The translations under genes were made by a program, and so were the position numbers. The notes under the pieces are model-generated. The model saw nothing but the letters and a program-made list of their open reading frames with translations, was not told the origin of the DNA and did not search any database. This document shows positions 56,805 to 64,000 of a DNA stretch of 64,000 nucleotides, piece after piece (within the stretch, counting starts at the first letter, position 1; the number at the start of each line of letters is the position of its first letter). Source of the DNA: Nitrospirales bacterium (GTDB taxonomy: Bacteria > Nitrospirota > Nitrospiria > Nitrospirales > UBA8639); the NCBI GenBank assembly GCA_965223295.1, contig CBDCWC010000002.1:736001-800000 (forward strand), written 5' to 3'.

Positions 56805-58904
56805 ATGGCTCCTGACGATCTTGACAAGCAGGAGCAAAACACCTTAACCGATCCGTCCAGGCAGGCGCCTACCGAAGGCAAAGCTGTTGAGGACTTTTTC
56901 GGCTCCGACGAGATTTTTCTGCGGGTCCTGGCTACCGCTCACCACGAGCTGCACCAGCCCATCCACACGTTTGCTTGGGGAGCTTTAGCCGCAGGTTTGT
57001 TCATTGGTTTTTCCTTTCTTGCCAGAGTCATGCTTACCACGGGACTGCCTGACGGCAGGGTCTACGAATTGCTCGGTAGCCTGCTCTATCCTGTAGGATT
57101 TATCTTCGTCATCTTAGGTCGTTACCCCCTTTTTACTGAAAATACATTAACGCCCGTGACCCTAGTTCTCACTCGTTTTGCCAGCCTGCCAGATCTTTTT
57201 AGAGTATGGGGCCTAGCGTTAACACTCAATTTGGTCGGCGGCCTTCTGTTCGCGCTATTCCTTGCGACCACAGATGTTTTCTCTCATGAGGCTGCTGAGA
57301 TTGCTAAGAAATTTGGTGAGCATCTCTTCAAAGCAACGTGGACCATCGCTTTTTTTAAAGGGGTGTTAGCAGGTTGGCTTCTCGCAGGCCTAGTGTGGTT
57401 AGTGCATGCTGCCAGAGATACCCTTGCGCGTCTGTTGTTGATCTGGATGGTTATCTACTTCCAAGTCTCGGCCGATCTATTTCATTGCATTGCGGGATCT
57501 GTCGAAGCACTGTATGTCGTGTTTTCTGGTGACGCAAGTCTAGGCAGTTATTTTGTAAGCTTCCCCGTCAAGCGGACAGGTCATAACTAGAGTGTTCTGG
57601 TGTTGGTTGATAATAGGCACAGGGCGGTGTTCCCCGTAGCGCGTCATGTGGGCGGTGTTCATTGTAGATGGTCATCCACTCGGACGTGAGTTCCCGCACT
57701 TCCTCTAAACTCCGAAACAGATAGAGATTCAGCACTTCATTCCGATAGGTGCGATTGAATCGTTCAATAAATGCATTCTGTGTGGGACAACCGGGTTGAA
57801 TGTGATAGATCAACACGCGATTGGCTTTTCCCCAATCTTTTAGTGCCTGTGAGAGAAATTCTGGTCCGTTATCAACCCGAATCATGTGAGGTAACTCCCG
57901 CTCAGTCTTCAAGCGGTCCAACACGCGGATAATCCGTTCAGCTCTTAGAGAGGTATCAATCTCAATCGCCAAGACCTCCCGATTGAAGTCATCGAGGATA
58001 TTGAAGGTGCGAAACCGCGTGCCGTGATACAAGGTATCGCTCATGAAGTCGGCTGACCACACCTCATTGGGACCTTCTGGCACAAACACCGGCCAGGAAG
58101 GACGCTTGGGCAGCTGGCGTCTGGTGCGACGAGGCTGATTGTGTCCTAACTGCCGATAGACGCGGTACACCCGTTTGTGATTCCAGACATGTCCGAGGAC
58201 TCGCAATCGCCGGATATATTTCCAGATGCCCCAGCGCGGGTACTGCTCCACTAACTGATTCAGGGCCTCAATAATTTCCTGATCACGGATCTGCCAATCA
58301 ACGGGCGCTTGGTAATACGCCGACCGAGAAAATTTGAGAGCCACACACCCTCGTGTGATCGAGACGCCATGTGTCTCTTGTAGGGACTGAATGGCCTCCC
58401 GTTTCTCCGCCGGCGTTAGAGCTTTTTTTCGATCAAATCCTTCAGCGCCCGATTCTCTAAGGCCAGATCCGCATACATCCGTTTAAGCTTCGAGAGTTCG
58501 CCTTCTGTTTCTTTGAGGCGTTTCAGATCCGAGGCTTCTAAGCCCCCGTACTTCGCTTTCCAATTGTAATAGGTCGCATCACTGATGCCATGCTCCCGGC
58601 ACAAGTCTTTGATCTTGATGCCGGCGTCACCTTGTTTCAAGATGGCGACGATTTGGGTTTCGCTGAATCGACTCGTTTTCATGAGAACCTCCTGGGATCA
58701 TTCTGCCAGAACGCTCTACTTTTGGTCTGTTCGGATTTAGGGGAAGCTTACAATTTCATTCGCTTTTTGGTACCAGTCACGTTGGGCAACACCGTCGGCG
58801 GCGTAGTATTTGTGGCAATTTTGAACTACGCGCGGGTCAGTGCCGACAAAGGGGATCACGGCGAACGACTATCGTGGCGCGAGTGGGTAGTTGGACGAAC
58901 ATAA
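56805..58904 (+). pseudogene. Formate/nitrite transporter family (YfdC-like) interrupted by IS3
   Basis: YPVGF, LFTENT, HCIAGS; after the IS continues FLVPVTLGNTVGG. Confidence 0.88.
57554..58752 (-). mobile_element. IS3-family IS, copy 2 (1199 bp)
   Basis: Same IRs and identical ORF translations as 28932-30130; 4-bp TSD ATTT. Confidence 0.96.
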
Positions 58905-59216
58905 AATCCTTTCCATAATTTCTCAAATAACTTTCTAAAGTGGAATCGATGAACGAGAGTTATCCTCGAACTAGATCGATACAAAGATGTAATATTTGTT
59001 TAATATTTAGCATATAACAATACCTGAGAAGCATAGGACCTCTATCATGGTAGCTATCCTCGTGACCTTGCGATGATAAGAACACTAAAGAGCATCAAAG
59101 CCCTGTATTTAGCAGTTGCAGGCCAAGGTCATGGCTTATGACCTTACTATAAAAAAGCCAACATTAATACATTCTAGAATTGCCTTTTGTTGATTAAAAA
59201 ACCTTATAAAAAACAC

Positions 59217-59251
59217 TAGACATTTTTAAGCTTATAGTTACGATTTGTCCA
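59217..59251 (+). promoter_or_regulatory. Island motif copy upstream of hemerythrin 2 (35 bp)
   Basis: TAGACATTT...TTTGTCCA with a spacer 1 bp shorter. Confidence 0.7.
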
Positions 59252-59342
59252 TAAAGCATAAGCTCATGAATATGCTGGAATATCACTTTGATAAATTGGG
59301 GCGACTGCTCTCTACCGTCATCATTTATTCAAGGAGGAAGAC

Positions 59343-59771
59343 ATGGACATCTACCAAGCGCTGAAAGAAGATCATCAAAAAGCCAAGAAACTTTTCGATA
59401 AACTTGAGCAACCACCACATATGAACGGGGATTCTCGAGATAAGTTATTTAGAAAGCTCAAAACTGCACTTGAAGCTCACAGTGATGCTGAAGAAGCCGT
59501 GTTCTACGCCAAGTTAAGACAACACGGAGAAACAGAAGAAAAAATTGAACATGCAATTAAGGAGCATGACAACGTCGCGAAAATCCTTGAAGAACTTGAG
59601 AGTCAAGATAGAAATAGTAGTAAATGGCTGAACAGATTGATGTATTTACATGATGATGTCCAGCACCATATCTATGAGGAAGAGGGAGCAATCTTCAACA
59701 AAGCGCAAGGCATTTTTTCTAAGCAACAAGCGGAAGAAATGGGACAAGAATTCCAAAAGGCAAAGCCATAA
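59343..59771 (+). CDS. Hemerythrin/HHE-domain protein
   Basis: Paralog of 56266-56694, same length (142 aa) and His/Glu ligands. Confidence 0.9.
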   Translation: MDIYQALKEDHQKAKKLFDKLEQPPHMNGDSRDKLFRKLKTALEAHSDAEEAVFYAKLRQHGETEEKIEHAIKEHDNVAKILEELESQDRNSSKWLNRLMYLHDDVQHHIYEEEGAIFNKAQGIFSKQQAEEMGQEFQKAKP

Positions 59772-59879
59772 CAGACCTTAAAAATTGAGGTAAAAGTTTA
59801 TTGTTGAGTTAAATGTGGCACAAAGGTCTTATTTTTCGTCTAGACCGCCTTTCGTGAGAATGATGGAACTCGACCCTAC

Positions 59880-60190
59880 ATGAATGAACAATAACGACGC
59901 TTGTGCGAAGAACATGTGTTATTTAAGGTGTCTCAACGATGTTATTTGATTGCACGCCCAAGCCTACTGGGACGACTTCACACATCGAGGCATTGATGTA
60001 CGTTTCGAAGGCAATCATGCATGCGAATGACCTTGACACTAATCTCTTGCGCCCAGTTGATTTCATGCTGCATCCTGAAGTCCATTCTGATATGACCGAG
60101 CGTGGGTTCGATCAGAACGATTGGCCAGAATTAGGCAATAATTTTTGAACGCTGCCACTTTGATCACCAAAAATCCAGCCCACCGGTTGA
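59880..60190 (+). pseudogene. Flavodoxin / NADPH-dependent FMN reductase remnant
   Basis: MNEQ*..LC, FDCT.K..SH.EALM, LRPVD..PEV..DMTE.G...DWP resembles that family's N-terminus; stops and frameshifts. Confidence 0.5.
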
Positions 60191-60275
60191 TATATATACT
60201 CTGATAGACCAACGATAGCGCTACCACAAATGGGGAAGTCAATTGGGTATATGAATGTCCTCTAGCAAATATGAT

Positions 60276-60311
60276 TAGACTTTCTTCATTGAAATATGGA
60301 TTTTTTGTCCA
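60276..60311 (+). promoter_or_regulatory. Island motif copy upstream of the PRC-barrel/catalase genes
   Basis: TAGACTTTC...TTTGTCCA, 36 bp. Confidence 0.7.
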
Positions 60312-60407
60312 TTGATAGCACCTCCCTTCATTGCGATATGGTAACAAGACGTCCCTTCAATTCTTACTAATTAGCATTAAAAATACACGATTTTTTCAGG
60401 AGGATTT

Positions 60408-61175
60408 ATGCTACGTACTACCAAAGCTGTGATGGGTTATACGATCAGAGCTACCGATAAAGACCTTGGATCCGTCAAAGATTTTTATTTTGATGATCAT
60501 GCGTGGATTATTCGATATCTCATCGCGGACACGGGGAATTGGCTTCCCGGACGACAAGTCCTGATAGGCACAGAAGCCTTGGGCCAACCCGACTGGGCTG
60601 AAGAAGTATTTCCAGTTCGACTGACAGCCGAGCAAATTGAAGAGAGTCCTGATATTGCAGACGATTCTCCAGTTTCCCTTCAGCAGGAGGAAAAACTTCG
60701 TGCCTATTTTTCCTGGCAAGAATATTGGGGAGATAAACCCTTTATTCAACCAGCCGCAGGAGCAACATTTGGCCTGGTTGGCGTCACACACGCACCAGAA
60801 GCCGTACCCGTAGATGTAGAAGCTACTCTTCATGTTCCCTCTGGAGACCCCCATCTTCGTAGTATTAATGAAGTCTGTGGGTATTCGATAGAGGTGCTTG
60901 ATGGCAACATAGGCCAGGTTGAGGATTTTGTCATAGACGATACCAACTGGAAGCTCCATTACATAATCGTAGACACTGGAAACTGGCTTCCAGGAAAGAA
61001 AGTTCTGATTTCTCCTGAGTGGATCAAACAGGTGAGTTGGGCCGACAGAACTGTTGCTCTCGATCTGACACAGGAAGGTGTCAAAAGCAGTCCCGAATTT
61101 GATCCTTCGCTCCCAATCAACCGCGAATATGAAGCTCGACTCTATGATTATTATGGACGGCCAAAGTATTGGTGA
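60408..61175 (+). CDS. Tandem PRC-barrel-domain protein
   Basis: Two G.V.DF..DD..W...Y...DTGNWLPG..VLI units. Confidence 0.88.
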   Translation: MLRTTKAVMGYTIRATDKDLGSVKDFYFDDHAWIIRYLIADTGNWLPGRQVLIGTEALGQPDWAEEVFPVRLTAEQIEESPDIADDSPVSLQQEEKLRAYFSWQEYWGDKPFIQPAAGATFGLVGVTHAPEAVPVDVEATLHVPSGDPHLRSINEVCGYSIEVLDGNIGQVEDFVIDDTNWKLHYIIVDTGNWLPGKKVLISPEWIKQVSWADRTVALDLTQEGVKSSPEFDPSLPINREYEARLYDYYGRPKYW

Positions 61176-61241
61176 TCGAGCAATTTGAATGGGATTTTGG
61201 ATTTAGGAATTCAATCATAATATTCTCAAGTAGGAGGAAAC

Positions 61242-62723
61242 ATGGATCGATATAAGACCCTGACGACGAAGGCGGGATGCCCTATTTCCAACAATCAACA
61301 TTCCATGACCGCCGGGCCTCGTGGTCCAGTGCTCATGCAAGATGTTCATTTGATCGAGAAGATGGCCCATTTTAATCGCGAGCGAATCCCAGAACGAGTC
61401 GTTCATGCAAAAGGCTACGGGGCTTATGGGACATTTACGGTGACTCAGGACATCACACAATTTTGCAAGGCAAAGATTTTCTCAGAGGTTGGAAAGCAGA
61501 CAGAATGCTTTTTTCGATTTTCTACTGTGGGAGGTGAGTCAGGCTCAGCCGATTCCGTCCGTGACCCTCGGGGGTTTGCGATGAAATTTTATACGGAAGA
61601 GGGTAATTGGGATCTGGTGGGCAACAATACTCCAATCTTTTTTATCCGTGATCCTCTCAAATTTTCTGACTTTATTCACACGCAGAAACGTGAACCTGGG
61701 TCCCATCTAAAACCGAATTGGATGAAATGGGATTACTGGTCGCTCAGTCCTGAGGCCCTTCATCAAGTTCTTTTTCTATTTAGTGATCGAGGAACCCCTA
61801 AATCAGCTCGGTACATGAATGGCTACGGCAGTCATACATATAGTTTAATCAATCAAGAGGGCGAACGATATTGGGTCAAATTTCACGTGAAAACAATGCA
61901 AGGCATACAAAACTTCACGGCTGACGAGGCCACGCGTATCGCAGGGGAAGATCCAGACTATTCCACACGAGATTTACGAGAAGCTATTAGTAACGACGAT
62001 TTTCCCAAATGGAAAATGTCGGTTCAGATTATGCCAGAGGCGGAGGCTGAGACCTATCGATGGCACCCCTTCGATTTAACGAAGGTCTGGCCCCATGGGG
62101 ATTATCCATTACAGGAAGTGGGTATTGTCGAGTTAAATCGTAATCCGGAAAATTACTTTGCCGAAGTCGAACAGGCAGCATTTGAGCCAAATAATAAAGT
62201 ACCAGGCATTAGCTTTTCACCCGATAAAGTTTTGCAAAATCGGGTACTGTCCTATGGCGACGCACATAGGTATCGACTTGGAGTGAATTATGATCAGATA
62301 CCAGTGAACCAAGCCAAACATGCCAAGGCGCGAACGTACCATCGGGATGGATCTATGCGAGTCGATGGCAATCATGGCAACGATGTGAACTATGAACCTA
62401 ATACCTTTGGTGGGCCGATGGAAGACCCTGCCTATGATGAGCCACCATTAAAAATTGAGGGAGATGCCTCTCGCTATAACAGTTATCCATGTGACGATCA
62501 CGATTATTATGAACAGCCACGAATGTTCTATCAAAACACTTTAGATGATCAAGGTCGAAAACATCTCATCCAAAATCTTGCTAAGAGCATGGAAGATGTG
62601 CCGAACAACATCAAATGTCGACAGGTGTATCATTTCTATAAAGTCGACAAAGAATTCGGAGAACGCGTGGCAAAATCAATAAATGTCACAATCGAGGACG
62701 CACTCAAAGTGTGGAATTCCTAG
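61242..62723 (+). CDS. katA: Monofunctional heme catalase (small subunit)
   Basis: [36 protein letters not shown]. Confidence 0.95.
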   Translation: MDRYKTLTTKAGCPISNNQHSMTAGPRGPVLMQDVHLIEKMAHFNRERIPERVVHAKGYGAYGTFTVTQDITQFCKAKIFSEVGKQTECFFRFSTVGGESGSADSVRDPRGFAMKFYTEEGNWDLVGNNTPIFFIRDPLKFSDFIHTQKREPGSHLKPNWMKWDYWSLSPEALHQVLFLFSDRGTPKSARYMNGYGSHTYSLINQEGERYWVKFHVKTMQGIQNFTADEATRIAGEDPDYSTRDLREAISNDDFPKWKMSVQIMPEAEAETYRWHPFDLTKVWPHGDYPLQEVGIVELNRNPENYFAEVEQAAFEPNNKVPGISFSPDKVLQNRVLSYGDAHRYRLGVNYDQIPVNQAKHAKARTYHRDGSMRVDGNHGNDVNYEPNTFGGPMEDPAYDEPPLKIEGDASRYNSYPCDDHDYYEQPRMFYQNTLDDQGRKHLIQNLAKSMEDVPNNIKCRQVYHFYKVDKEFGERVAKSINVTIEDALKVWNS

Positions 62724-62805
62724 GCTCGCCTAAATTTGGAGCTTGCCCCCCCACAAGCGTCAATCAAAAACTCGCCAGCTAGGTTCTCGCAGAACAGTTA
62801 TTTCG

Positions 62806-63798
62806 TTAGGGATTGGTCCAACGAGCAGGCGTGCCTCGTACATCCACATGAACGAATGGTCCGCGATGACTCCTTGGACCGTAAATGCCTAACCCACCAA
62901 TAAATGGGCGATACCAAACTTCTTTTGACTTACTCAAGATGATATTGGCCAGGGTTTTCGCATCCGCTAGGGAAACCTTTCCATCACCATTCATGTCGTC
63001 CATCATATTATTGTGATCCTTATCGATAAATATGTCAGCCGCGTCTCCATACAAGTGACGGCTATACCGAGTTGGATTGCCAATAGCTTTGTTATAGAAA
63101 GGAGTCCGAAAGCCACTCATGACGTGAAGAGTTGAAAGCTTGTGTCCTTTCTTCTTCACAGCTTCAAGAATCATTTCCAACTTTAACAGGAGCCGCTCTT
63201 GAAGGGCCACATATTTGGGGTATCCACTCTTTTGTTTAGAGACAAACTGTCCTAACGTGAAATTCGGCGAGATACGCTGGTGACGATTGTGATCTGTGAT
63301 TTCAATGAGCCCGGCAGGTGGCTTGTAAGCTGGATTATTTTTCAACGGTTTCTGCTGATACTGTCCGATGCGATATCCGTTAAGCTTATCGTTGCGAGCC
63401 TGAAACGGTACCATGACAAAGGCTTGTAATATCATGGATGTTCGGCTCTGATTCTCAGTTATCGTTAGTGGAAACATCTCATGGTTCAAAGGTGCCTTCC
63501 AGGTCCATCGTTCTTTTGAGACTGTCTGAAGTGTTCCGCTTGGTGCTGAGATCTTGAAAGTATTGTTGGAATCTGTGAATACGCATTCAATTTCTATTTG
63601 CTCGCCAGGCATGAGATAGATCCCGAGTATTCGATAGGGATTAATCTCATCTTTAACTTTAACAGAAAAATTCACCTTTTCCCGATTCGATAGACCTGCT
63701 TCCTGAGCACCAGCATATGTGCCTGTCATAGAGATGAGTATGCTCGCGATAACGAACAGTCGTATTGTATTCTTAAAGCATGTTTTTACGATGATCAT
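62806..63798 (-). CDS. Peptidase M15A (YcbK-like) exported metallopeptidase
   Basis: SGFRTP..N, SRHLYGDAADI, FVHVDVRG. Confidence 0.85.
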   Translation of the reverse strand: MIIVKTCFKNTIRLFVIASILISMTGTYAGAQEAGLSNREKVNFSVKVKDEINPYRILGIYLMPGEQIEIECVFTDSNNTFKISAPSGTLQTVSKERWTWKAPLNHEMFPLTITENQSRTSMILQAFVMVPFQARNDKLNGYRIGQYQQKPLKNNPAYKPPAGLIEITDHNRHQRISPNFTLGQFVSKQKSGYPKYVALQERLLLKLEMILEAVKKKGHKLSTLHVMSGFRTPFYNKAIGNPTRYSRHLYGDAADIFIDKDHNNMMDDMNGDGKVSLADAKTLANIILSKSKEVWYRPFIGGLGIYGPRSHRGPFVHVDVRGTPARWTNP

Positions 63799-63920
63799 TA
63801 CTCCTTTGCCAAAGCGAAAGGTGAATCTGGCACAGGTCCTTCATTCATCACACCATAAATCCACTGCCCTGTCTTCTGAGGTCGAGTAACTGTATCGGAG
63901 AGGACTGGCTTCAAGGCTTC

Positions 63921-64000
63921 TCACAATCGAGTATCATGACCATAGATGTCTTCACGAAAATTGACTAATCCATCAGCATCTACCCATGTCGTAAAGTACA
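63921..64000 (-). CDS. C-terminus of a YcbB-type L,D-transpeptidase (partial, runs off window)
   Basis: YFTTWVDADGLVNFREDIYGHD; upstream of the M15 peptidase. Confidence 0.7.
   Translation of the reverse strand, partial: YFTTWVDADGLVNFREDIYGHDTRL

Noticed and set aside
28932-58752. Composite transposon that delivered the island
   Set aside because: Each IS has its own TSD inside an interrupted gene, so both postdate the island
60063-60347. Third paralog of the small membrane genes (NRWAGFL)
   Set aside because: Match is short; the region is better explained by a + strand flavodoxin relic and a motif site

Overview
Bacterial chromosome segment, probably Nitrospirota (inferred from gene order and small-protein types, not from a marker gene). 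(1) 1-12.4 kb is intact core: eno, gatB, YtxH, DUF948, gatA, panD, gatC, radC, rsmD, coaD, aspartate aminotransferase, FmdB-type protein, SGNH hydrolase, skp, a Phd/VapC toxin-antitoxin pair and tRNA-Arg(TCT). (2) 12.4-24.4 kb lies between tRNA-Arg and tRNA-Pro(TGG). It holds an IS3, a one-module FAAL-ACP-C-A-PCP-TE NRPS with an ornithine-like A-domain code and an aberrant Cys-type thioesterase, an ABC exporter and a nonsense-interrupted nuclease. (3) 24.5-64 kb starts with a truncated tyrosine integrase at the 5' end of tRNA-Pro and is a decaying general-stress island: BON, CsbD, PepSY, YihY, YtxH, DUF948, MscS, AI-2E, SOD, hemerythrins, PRC-barrel, catalase, MgtE, TrkH, FNT, and two matching IS3 copies that each interrupt a gene. 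The main observation is a 36-bp bipartite motif, TRGACAT-N21-TTTGTCYA, found 11 times in the island. Ten copies lie upstream of and co-oriented with island genes. One of these precedes an operon encoding an atypical receiver-DUF2934 protein, a divergent ECF-sigma-like protein with a fused HxxxCxxC zinc motif, and a membrane anti-sigma-like protein. This is a candidate undescribed stress regulon. Its function is inferred and needs computational and experimental checks.
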